Part shown: positions 31,956 through 43,018 of the stretch, piece by piece
How the letters are laid out: every line of letters starts with the position of its first letter
How positions within the stretch are numbered: position 1 is the stretch's first letter
Assembly: GCA_950097015.1 (NCBI GenBank)
Contig: CATNEN010000029.1
Coordinates: 4,650,001 to 4,714,000, forward strand
Source: Macrostomum hystrix
Lineage: Eukaryota; Animalia; Platyhelminthes
DNA length: 64,000 bases
Reading direction: 5' to 3'
Notes under the pieces: generated by a model
Databases searched by the model: none
What the model was told of the DNA's origin: nothing
What the model saw: only the letters and a program-made list of their open reading frames with translations
Position numbers and translations under genes: made by a program

Positions 31956-34111
31956 ATGCAAAGCAACAGCAGTCTGACGGGCGTTAGCCCATTGGATTTA
32001 GTCGACGTGCTGGTTCTGGCCGGACTATCTACGATTGGCACATTTGGCAACTGCTTGGTAATAGTGAGCGTAATATTTCTCAGGCGAATGCGCACAGTAA
32101 CAGCACTGTTCGTTGCCAACCTGGCGGGCGCTGGACTATTGCTAGCTGGCCTGGTGGCGCCAGGCTCTAGTCGGTTGCTATGGCAACGAGTCAATACAGA
32201 CGAAAACTACATCGATGGCGACGACTTGTGGTGCCAAATTTTCGGGGCGGCGCTTTTTTTCGGCTGCGCTGCCAGCGTTAATATGAGCGCACTGATTGCG
32301 GCTGCAAGGTGTCTTACCACTGACTGATTATCTCTATAATTCTAGGTTTTTATCGGTTTCATTTGAAAGTATCTCACTGACTCTGATAGTTTCAGATTTC
32401 CAAAGAAACTTCTAAAATTTATCATAATCAGAAGCAGGAAAATATTAGCATAGTCGACGATCTTTTATTACAAACAAGAAATTTGGCCACAAGAATCCAA
32501 TAGATCGAAATAGGAACAAATATATATTTTTCAACCGGCAGGTACATCGCCGTCTGCCGGCCGCACCTGTCGGTCTGCCTGTTCAGACATTGGCGCGTAG
32601 CAGGCTGGTGCGTGGCGGCCTGGATCTATACGGTGCTGCAGGTGGCTGTACCCACCTGGACTGGCCTATTCCGCTATACCTACAATCCAGCTACAGGCGT
32701 CTGTCACCTGAACTACACCAGGCAGCCAATAGCCATCGCTGTCTATATTAACTGCGTTTGCTTTACGCCAAGCACGCTAATCTGCGCCGCCTCCTACGCG
32801 CTCATCTTCTGGAGCTTGCGCCAGGCCCGCCGACGCCTGGCGGCGCGAAGCGATGCGGCCGCAGCTGCTAGACGTTTACGTCGAGAGCGACGCGCAACAG
32901 TGCCAATGTTTGTCGCGCTAATAGCTTTCCTGGTTCACTGGCTGCCAGTCATGATCACTATTTCGCTGGATCCGAAATTCGAAAAGTGAGACAAAGGATT
33001 AGCTTGAGTTTGTTTTTTTCAACGCAAGTAACGTGACTTGAGTCGAACGTGCTTATGGCCCAGCCAATCTTCTGCCTTCGTTTTCAATATTTTTGGACCA
33101 CGTAGAAAGACAACACTATTTTCCCCCTAGGGGGAAGACCACAAGGGATATTTCAAGTACCCACCCTACTTTACGATAGCTCCCAAACCGAATGACCGAT
33201 TTTCGTGAAAGTCTAGCATACCTGTATGAATCGAAATTTTACGCCCTTCACAATGAACTAACTTTCGAAGCCGTCCGACGTCAGCATCTTTCGAGATTTT
33301 CAGCGATTCTCGTCGAATACTCTGGTGACAAGGATGAACTAAAATTGTTCTGTATATATACCTACCTCTATGGTGAATCCGTATTGGTTCGATGAAATTA
33401 AGTCAAATTTGTGAGCTGAAAATTTATGCTTATATTGTTTGTTTTTTCCACCAGACACCCCGACGAGAATCTGTGAATATCATGACGATTTCGATGTCTT
33501 CTGATTCTGAAAGCTTTTTCACTGGATAGATAGATATAGATTTTCATGGTGATTGGTTGAACATTTTCTACTGTTAATACTCCGCTTTTATTCCGCGCCT
33601 TTAACAATGATTACTGACTCACCATCACTGTTTCAGATTCAGCCCCGCCCTGCACAGACACATGGGCTTATTTAGCATAGCCAGCGCCTTCGATAACTGG
33701 ATCATCTACGGCCTATTAAACAGACACTTCGCCAATGCCTATCAGACTGTATTGTGCAGCCTGTGCCACTTTTGGAAGCAACGCTGGCAGCTTCCAACGG
33801 AAGCCAACAGGCGCACCAGGCGACTACGGAGGAAACGGCAACGACAGAGATTGCAGGCAGCTACAGCCAATCAGGCAGCCACGCGGCAACCATCGACGCC
33901 AGCGTGCGTCATCGAGCAGGGCGACTTCAACGAACAAGGGGACGAGGAGCCAGACGAAGATGAAGATGCCACTTATAGCGGTGATAGATTAGATCAAATT
34001 AATAGCGGCTTTCTGGCAGCGCTAACCATCGAGTTGCCAATGGTGGAACGTTCGGCCGATACAATTAAATGCAACCAGCAACAACACAAAGAAGCAGAAG
34101 CATCACTATAA
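31956..34111 (+). CDS. Rhodopsin-class (family A) GPCR, divergent melatonin/Tre1/moody-like; 3 exons (31956-32308, 32542-32985, 33637-34111)
   Basis: GN.LVI (TM1), NLAGAG (TM2), C3.25 (LWCQ), AR|YIAVC (TM3), W4.50, ECL2 Cys (GVCH), FLVHWLP (TM6), NWIIYGLLN..F..AY (TM7/H8); phase-2 introns consistent. Confidence 0.9.
33170..33500 (+). mobile_element. Unclassified interspersed repeat (homologous to 2850-3230)
   Basis: Shared colinear blocks as described for 2850-3230. Confidence 0.7.
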
Positions 34112-34159
34112 GAGTCTGTGATCTATGAATTTCGAAAGCAATTTATTATACACTAGCAC

Positions 34160-34345
34160 ATCATTTGGTGACAGTAGACCTGCAACCAGCGAGGAGGCAA
34201 TTCTGCCCATTTCGCACAGATACCGTACAAGACCCCAAGCATTCTATCAGTGACTGCGCCATAAGTTACTGTGGCCTCGCCGCGGATTCGAGCTTAGGTA
34301 CTTGGCGCGTGAGGCAGAAGTGTTACGAGCTATTCGCTCTGCCAC
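34160..34345 (-). mobile_element. SINE family A, internally deleted copy
   Basis: CATCATTTGGTGACA...CCAGCGAGGAGGCAATTCTGCCCATTTCG and GTGGCCTCGCCGCGGATTCGAGCTTAGG. Confidence 0.8.
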
Positions 34346-37300
34346 GCAAGTCACAACGCCCAATAAACCAAAACATTAATACTTTAATAATAGAGGCGGT
34401 CGTGCCCCAGACACTATTAGCTAATCGTGATTTGTTAAATTTCCTCAACCAAAAGTAAATAGCAAGATAATCTAATTTCCATAGCTATGCAGCTACGAGT
34501 ATCAGTATTTGGCAATACTTTTTTATTCAAAATTATTTTTGTCGGAGCCAAAATAAACAGAAACATAGCTAGAGATTTCTTAAGTGTGCTTAAGATAAGC
34601 CGATCTTAACCTTCATAAAATAGCTTGGCTTAGATGAGATTTAAGTGCAGGGGTTTTAAGATGTACACATTCAACCCCGCAACTAACTATAGGTTTGTAC
34701 AAGAGACTGTTCCTGCCGATATGTGCCTATAGAAATATGAAAAACAAACTTAAAAAGCTAATCAACACTTTCTCTAGTCAGATATTGTCTAGCAATGAAA
34801 TTGCAGTGCAATCAGACTAAACATTGCTGATAAACATTTTAACATAATAAACATTTTATTTAAGGAAACGACAAAAATGTTGATTCGCTTTTACTATAAT
34901 TTTTTAACCGCACCACACTCTAAACCCTATTTTAAGTCGGTTTCAGGGCTCATAGGAACGAAGATGAAAAGAAACTCAAAACTAGACTTGCAGAGCGTTC
35001 CACGGACCTTAGTTAATAGTTAATAGATGTTAATAGAAGAAAAGACAGACCCCTGGTCTATGGTATATTAAATGCGTCGTTAGAATAGAAATTTGCATCT
35101 TGCAAGTCACGGAAGTCATGGCCATTTCTGCTTCGTTTCAAAAATCCTTTAAGCACTCGTTATGAGGTTTTAATTATTTTGCTAATTTAAAACAACAAAA
35201 GCTCTAAACCCTACTGTAAGTAGCCTTAAAACACAAGATGCGGGGTTTGTAGTTGAACTGATGTCAGTGGATGTACCACACGTCAATCGATAGGTATCCA
35301 ACTGTTGCCAAAGTTGGAGTTTTAACCAGAGAGACATGTTTTAATGTGACTAAAAACAAACCCCTACCCAATGATTGTGATTGCCAACTTGTTCTGGGCA
35401 GAAAAATGGCGTCATTCAAGCCAGCCTACTCTTTACAGTACAGTAGAATGAGCTCTGTTATAGCGGGAAATACATTTAAACTGGCCAGGCTTTTGCTATA
35501 GAATTGTCAACAACGTACGGTCCACTCTATGCCAGGGGGAGAATGAAATAAAAAGACTTCATTTTTGCTGCACTTAAGAAACAGCGCAACTCAACAGATC
35601 TCAACACTCACATGGAGCTCCCTGCACTCTGCACAGAATTGAAGCCTGTTAGTCTGTTGCTGTCTGTGGAAAAATAATGTGGAAAAGAGAAGTGACTGGG
35701 GGAACTCAACCAGACTCATGGCAGCAACAGCATCGCGAGTGTAGAAAACAATGCATGAATTAAAAGGCTAGAAGAAAGCTAGATAGATTATGCCAATATT
35801 AGAAGAGAATGCTGGTAGTGTGTTTGCCTGAAAATGATTGCCATTAGTTTAGTTACGACTAGTAAAAAACGATGCACTTGCTAAGTTTGAATAAAAACAT
35901 TAGATTTTAGCATTAGATTTGACAAGGTATGTGTTTGATACAGAATTCATACTTTCAAGATCTTATATACTACAAGTACTTGACAATGGTGGTTCTTGTC
36001 ACAGTGATGGTTGGTCACTGTAAACACTGAGAAATTGAATAAATAAATAAATATATATAATAGTTGCTGCTAAATTATCAGGAGAATTTCAGGACATATA
36101 TTACATATATGTTACATATGATTTCTTTGCTTAGGCCAGTACATTAGGCCTCTATAGGCACACCTGTTATAGTCATAGACAGCTGTATCTATTAGGTGAG
36201 TATTTCCAAAGGAAATATAGCTTCTTGTGCTCTTTTTATAGACTCTAGGCTGCCAAACCTACCTGAATTTCTATAATTCAGGTGCTTGTACCCATTTTAT
36301 AGCCTAATAAACAAAAGCAAAAAGAAAAAATTATTTTAGAAGTTCAATAACATAACTTTATTAATAGTACTAATTTGAGCACTAATTTAAATATGCGAAT
36401 ACTAATTTGACTAATTTGAATAGCTAAATCGCTAAAATGACAAATGATAACTTGTCATTTAATTTAAACTGATTGTGTTGTGAGAACTTATTTTTCAACT
36501 AAATACAAAGTCTTTTAAGCATTGAGATTGTACTTCCATGCTTACTTGGGAAATCAGACACCTTTTTGAGTGTAAGCTACATCCAGGAGTTTATATGCAC
36601 CACATACATGGGAATGACAATTTAGGCCTTTAGAAATAGATTCTACTAGATTTGACATTATTACACATTATGTGGTAGCTGACAAATTGACTACCACAAA
36701 CAACTTTGTTATAACACCTGCTAAATTTTCTAGTTATGACAATACAAAAAAAGCTAATGACAAAAGACAGTCAGTGTCAAGTGTCAGAAACATTGAGTGT
36801 TAAAAGCTTACATGAGTACTACTTCTATGCTGAAAAACTTTGTAAGTTTACGAACAAAAAGTTTTACAGCTAAAATAGTTAAACAAACAAAGATGCATTA
36901 GTACCTAGCTGGCTAACTAGCTATTAATTTATTTTACTATTTTACTAGCTATGTTAATGATGAACATTGTTGAATAATGAAGAAGTATAGTTATATATGA
37001 AAGTGAATCAACCAATTTCTAATCACAGCAAAAAATCTGTAGCAATTACCTAGAGACTGTGGTCAAGTGATCTAGCGATTCTGTTTATTTTCTAAGAGGA
37101 AAGTGTGAAAGTGTTAGAAGTTTTGCATATAACATGTAATTAGACTTTTGATTTTAAACAATATATAGCAAGTCAATCACGTTTTGTTAAATATTAAAGT
37201 TAAAAAACCTTGCTTTCCACAAAATACATAACCATACCCACAAAGCCTCGCATAGACTTAATAGGCTTATTAAATTTAAATATACTTTTCAGACACACTT

Positions 37301-38664
37301 CGTGGATATCAAAAAAGAGCAATAAATTAATATATATAGCTAACATATTTAGAGTCGGAAAAAATTTTAAGATACGTTTTATCTTTTCTCCTATCCCGGC
37401 AGTATTAATTTAATTCTAGTCATTTAGATTGAAGTAAGGGAAACAGGAAACATTAGCTTCAAAAGCTAAAATTAAGTCCAGTCGGCTAGAATGTTTAATT
37501 TCTTGAAAAGCTAACTAAGTCAAACTACCGCGGCTACTAGTGCAAACATAGTAAAACAAGATTTTGCTGTTTTGTCTAGTTACTGTCCAGTTACAGTTAC
37601 TGTGTTACTGTTATTAAGAGAAAAAAGACTAGAAAATTAACAGTTTTACTTTTTTTATATGAATTAAAAGTGCTTTTTTGTTTTGTGATTGTATTCATTT
37701 TACATTTACATTACACATTACACTCACTTTACGCACACTGGGAGGCAGTCACGGTAACAATTTCTTGACTCTGTGCGTACTTTTTTCCAACGACCATTAG
37801 GAGGTAGACTAGTGCTACTCTACTCCTAGACTAGTCTACTCCTAGAGGTCCTTGCGTTTTTATGGGTTTGCTTAGCTAGGCCTAGGGCCTGTGCTTGTGT
37901 GATCTAAATACTAAACAGAAGATATTTTCTTGGAAACTATGCCCGTATTAACTATTAGCTGATTAGCTAATCTCCCAACTTACAGGACAGGACAAAATTA
38001 TTTGAAAGAAATAGCTATGCCTAGTGGTGTAGCCAAGGAAGGGTCAATGTGGGTTGGACCTCCCAGATGCCAGTTGTTTTTGAGCTCATGCTGTGGGCAG
38101 CATCACTGTGCAGATGCTGCTGCTCTGTTGGCAGTGCAGAGGGTGTGGCATGGGCACACCCATCGCCTATACACCCCTTAGGCAAAAAACTTGGCTACAT
38201 CACTGACTATGCCTATATTGGCTATAATAAATAGAGGATTCTTAGGATTCTGTATTCTTTATCTTAGGATCGGGAAATTGTGGCCATAATGCTAGATTGA
38301 TTGCAATGCATGTAGTAGGCATATGTACTAGAATTAAATGTTAGTTTGATAAAAGCAAAAGCTTTAGACTCCAGTCTTGTTCCAAAATACTATAGTACAC
38401 ATGCCATGACCTTTGACCTAGGTAGGTCTTAAATGGCTAAAAGTGCATGGTAAATATTTTTTAATATCTAGGCATATAGTCTAGCTACAAATACAATGTC
38501 AACTAGACTCTGTACCAAATCTAGTTGATCAATAATACAATAAGGTACAAGACATACTATGCATTTGTGGGATCTGGGTTAGGCCTATGTTTATAGACTT
38601 AAGTAGGGCCTATTGCATATTGTATTGTATAATTTTTATGTGCACATCATAAACATTTTTTCTA

Positions 38665-39944
38665 CAAGGGGAAGTAAAAAAGTAATGATAAATAATATTT
38701 TTTCAAAGAGCAGAAACCAATGTAAAGGCTTTTTTCTCCACGAAATCTCTGTCCAGCTCTAGGCACTTCTATGCCACAATGCCACCATTGCTCCAGCCTC
38801 ACCCTGAAGAAGTCAGGTGGCTGGGATGCGAGCCACTGCTAAGCTGCTGTTTTCACCTCCTCCTTGCTCGAATGTCGCACTCCTTTAATAGCTTCCTTCA
38901 ACTTTGGAAACAAGAAAAAGTCTGTTGGCACAAGATCAGGGTTGTTGGGAGTGTGGGAGAGAATTTCCCAGCAAAATTTGCACTGGACACCTTGACAGAG
39001 CCGTGAAGTGTGTGCCAAGGCATTGTCGTGGTGGAAGAGAATGTACCAGTGGAGCTTGCCAGGTCGCTTCCTGGCTAATTCTGTGCGCAGCTTCTGCAGT
39101 ACACCTTTGTAGTAGGTGCCAGTGATTGTGCGCTGCTCCTCTAGGAAGTCCACTAGAATGACTCTCGGCATCCCAGAAAATGTTTGCCATGACCTTGGCC
39201 ACGGAGCAGATGGCCCGGAACTTCTTTGGCCTGGCAGATCCATGAGGCAGCCACTCTTTTGATTGGATTTTTGACTCTGGATTGTACTGGTAGATCCAGG
39301 TCTCATCACCAGTCACCAACTGTTTGAAAAAATTGTCGGCGTCAGTGTCTAGGCAGTTGAGAAGGTTTGCTGCGCACTCGCTGCGCTGGGCCTTGTGCTC
39401 TGGGCGCAATGCCCAGCTCAGCTTGCTGAAGCCCAGATCCTCTATCAGGATCAAATGCACACTTCCATGGGAGATGCCCAGTTCCTCAGCAATAGCCTTG
39501 ATGGTCACATGCCTGTCCTGCTTAATTTTTTGATGCATGGCTGTAACCATCTCTGCTGTGCACACTGTGGTCGTCCACTGTGGTCAACATCTTCAATGGT
39601 CTCACAACCAGCCTTAAACTCCTGGATCCACCCATAAACGGTGGGATTTGGTGGAGCAACATCCCCAAAGACCTTCTGTAAAGCCTCGAGGATAGCAGCC
39701 GGCTTCCAACCCAATGGCATTAAAAATTTAATGTTGGATCGCACTTCAATTTTGAAATTTTCCATTGCTGAAAGTGGGTACTGTGTTTGTACTTCTGTCA
39801 AGGTTGATCTGTACATCCAAAAGAACAAAAAATTATTAAAATAAGAAACAAAAGATACTTTTGCCAATGAAAAATGTTTGGGTTCAAAATTTATTTTCTG
39901 CTTTGTGCAGGAGAAAAATTTTCATTCTTTTTTGACTTCCCTTG
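38665..39944 (-). mobile_element. Mariner (Tc1/mariner, D34D) DNA transposon, frameshifted
   Basis: TA|CAAGGGGAAGTAAAAAAG ... CTTTTTTGACTTCCCTTG|TA imperfect TIRs; 1280 bp; transposase spread over three frames with HTH, GDETW and HHDNA-x34-D (PDLVPTD). Confidence 0.92.
38705..39765 (-). pseudogene. Mariner transposase pseudogene
   Basis: ATG at 39765 (MENFKIEVRSNIKF...); frameshifts between ORFs 39505-39867, 38936-39565 and 38839-39309; WVPHEL-like motif is damaged. Confidence 0.88.
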
Positions 39945-40737
39945 TATATCTTGCATTCTAAAATAGCTTCTTATTATAGTTAGGAAAATTGAACATGTTA
40001 CAAATTAACAAACTGTAAAATATATTAAAGTAAACATAGAAAAAGTAAACAAAAACTTATTTCAGAAAAAGGCAGTTTTGTAGCTATTCACCCAGTGTTT
40101 AAATTGCACACAGCAGTTAATTCAGACTTTTAACTCTTATGTTAGTTAAAATTTGAATAAAAATTTTTTCCACAACACATTTTAAATTCATACACAAAAT
40201 TTTTACAAATGTTATTAAGACTATAAGTTACAACAAATATCATATACTTCTAAGAGATTGTGACTATTGTCACTGCAGTGTGCAAACATGTTGATGTTGC
40301 TGTAATCTGCAAATCTCATTCACCCTTTCTGAAATGCAACCCCCTCAGGTCCCTCGACTTGTCTTTCCCCTGTGCCCTTGTATACTAGATTATGATCCTA
40401 AAAGGTCAAAGACTGTCTGGGTGGCTGTAGGAACCCAAATATAATAGAGTGGATTATCCTACAGTTTTGGACACTTTTAGGAAAGAAAGACTGCTAAGTT
40501 GTGAAAGCTGAATAATCATCTAGTCTTACTTAATCCAGTCTCTTTGAGTGAGTTAGTAGCCATGGTATTCTTTTGTTTGTTTAAAATTCAAAAGTTACAA
40601 AATAAAAAAAGGGACACTTTTTTATTTGTAAAAATATTTCCAAGAGAAAGTTTCTGTTTTTGAGAACACTCTTACTTCTACTCAAATTTAATTATAAACG
40701 AGCTAAACTCCTCCTCCGGAGGAGGTTGAGGGGAGAG

Positions 40738-41905
40738 AACTCCCATCGCCTGATCTCCCATCGCGTCATCTCCTATCGCCTGATCTCCCATCGCCTGATC
40801 TCCCATCGCCTAATCTCCCATCGCGTCATCTCCCATCGCCTGATCTCCCATCGCCTCATCTCCCATCACCTGATCACCCATCACCTCATCTCCCATCGCC
40901 TCATCTCCCATCGCCTCATCTCCCATCGCCTCATCTCCCATTGCCTGATCTCCCATCGCCTCATCTCCCGTCGCCTGATCTCCCATCGCCTCATCTCCCA
41001 TCACCTGATCACCCATCACCTCATCTCCCATCGCCTAATCTCCCATCGCATCATCTCCCATCGTCTCATCTCCCATCGCCTCATCTCCTATCGCCTGATC
41101 TCCCATCGCCTAATCTCCCATCGCCTCATCTCCCATCGCCTCATCTCCCATCGCCTGATCTCCCATCGCCTCATCTCCCGTCGCCACATCTCCTATCGCC
41201 TGATCTCCCATCGCCTCATTTCTCATTGCCTCATCTCCCGTCGCCACATCTCCCATCGCCTGATCTCCCATCGCCTGATCTCCCATCGCCTCATCTCCCA
41301 TCGCCTCATCTCCCATCGCCTGATCTCCCATCGCCTCATCTCCCATCGCCTCATCTCCCATCGCCTCATCTCCCATCGCTTCATCTCCCATCGCCTCATC
41401 TCCCATCGCCTCATCTTCCATCACCTGATCACCCATCACCTCATCTCCCATCGCCTAATCTCTCATCGCATCATCTCCCATCGTCTCATCTCCCATCGCC
41501 TCATCTCCTATCGCCTGATCTCCCATCGCCTAATCTCCCATCGCCTCATCTCCCATCGCCTCATCTCCCATCGCCTGATCTCCCATCGCCTCATCTCCCG
41601 TCGCCACATCTCCTATCGCCTGATCTCCCATCGCCTCATTTCTCATTGCCTCATCTCCCGTCGCCACATCTCCCATCGCCTGATCTCCCATCGCCTGATC
41701 TCCCATCGCCTCATCTCCCATCGCCTGATCTCCCATCGCCTGATCTCCCATCGCCTGATCTCCCATCGGCTCATCTCCCGTTGCCTGATCTCCCATCGCC
41801 TGATCTCCCATCGCCTGATCTCCCATCGCCTCATCTCCGATCGCCTGATGTCCCATCGCCTGATCTCCCATTGCCTGATCTCCCATTGCCTGATCTCAAA
41901 TCGCC
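40738..41905. repeat. 15-bp minisatellite, ~78 copies, with a 420-bp higher-order duplication
   Basis: Unit TCTCCCATCGCCT(G/C)A; the variant pattern starting at 41001 recurs at 41421. Confidence 0.97.
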
Positions 41906-42647
41906 TCAGTTCTTTTCAAATGTTAAAAAGCAAAATAATAATTCACAGTTGAAATTTCATTGCCTTTAGCGCAAAGGGCAGCCAGTTTTTTAGTAAGTAC
42001 ATTCTTCTCCGCCTACACTGAGAGGCCCGCAAATTTTATCAATTGAATTTTAACCCAGCCAACTCTGCCCTGCCCATTGTACGCACTTCAATATTGAACA
42101 AATCAGACCCCTCAATAGAAATAACTCGCGGCACCCTCTCTCCGCCAATACACAGGGACAGTTAGAATGTGCGTACGGCCAACTCTCCGCCCCATTTTCA
42201 AACCGACTGCCAACCCTCCACTGGAGAGAAAATACACTAAACAGATAGGCACAAAATGTTGACGCAACTCATTTAATCGAGGCCAATTTCATCACAGCGG
42301 GAAGGACATTTGCCTACTATATACTACTTAATAGCCTTTCTGCTTTTTTGAGGATCATAGAATTTGAAATTTCAGAATTAAAATAGCCTATAGCCTTCCT
42401 CGGAAAATTTCCCATTTTCCCATATAAGTTTCAACGCTGAGTTGCCAGTATTCTAGGAGGAGATGTCGAACTGACACACACACACACAGACAGACAAACA
42501 ACACGTGAAAATTAGTATATTTAGAGAACTGTACAATACAAGTAGGGCACAAAGTCAGTATAAAAGAGAAAACACTCAGAACATATAAGTACAGTTTGTA
42601 TGTGCTTGTGGTGGCACATGCAGAGTTGCTGCTGTACAGGGAAGCTC

Positions 42648-42994
42648 TGGTTGAGAGGCCTGAGTAGTTTATTAATTCTAATTATTTTGGTTGCATTCAT
42701 ATATTGTATTTTCAGTCTAGAAGTGCTCTAAGCTGACAGCCAATCAGCGTGCTTCAAGCGTCACAGTAATTTTTCTAACCCAAGCCCCAGTCAGTGTGCA
42801 TCTATCGGCACCGTACAATACTTCGTGTTGCTAGTACTTTTCTCACCCCCAGTCACCACCTCAATGCAAAATAAAAATAAATATTACTGCGGAGCTAGAG
42901 CGCAGAGGTCGTACCGGTAGTACTCATACCTTGTTATGCGATAAAACGCCGCTGTCAAATCATTGTCCTTCTTCGTTACTTGTTCACCGAAACA
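42648..42994 (+). repeat. 5' LTR
   Basis: TGGTTGAGAGG...ACCGAAACA; contains CCAATCAG and AATAAA. Confidence 0.97.
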
Positions 42995-42997
42995 TTT

Positions 42998-43018
42998 TGG
43001 TAGCAGAGCGTGGTTTCA
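42998..43018 (+). other. Primer-binding site (tRNA-iMet type)
   Basis: TGGTAGCAGAGCGTGGTTTC resembles the complement of the 3' end of metazoan initiator tRNA-Met (TGGTAGCAGAG..TGGTTTCG). Confidence 0.8.

Noticed and set aside
35610-35680. 52-nt minus-strand segment with good acceptor (TTCCACAG) and donor (GTGAGT)
   Set aside because: No phase-compatible neighbouring exons or homology were found in the AT-rich 34.5-38.6 kb region.
40660-41969. Long ORFs (430 aa HRLIS-repeat, 342 aa PDLPS-repeat)
   Set aside because: They are translations of the 15-bp tandem unit, have no credible start or splice context, and overlapping frames on both strands are open.
42000-42540. Possible Helitron-like non-autonomous element ending in (CA)n(CAGA)n
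   Set aside because: It is a single copy in the window with no defined termini, so it cannot be supported.
40300-42640. Candidate first exon of the nuclear receptor upstream of the LTR element
   Set aside because: No ATG-containing segment with a convincing phase-0 donor could be singled out.
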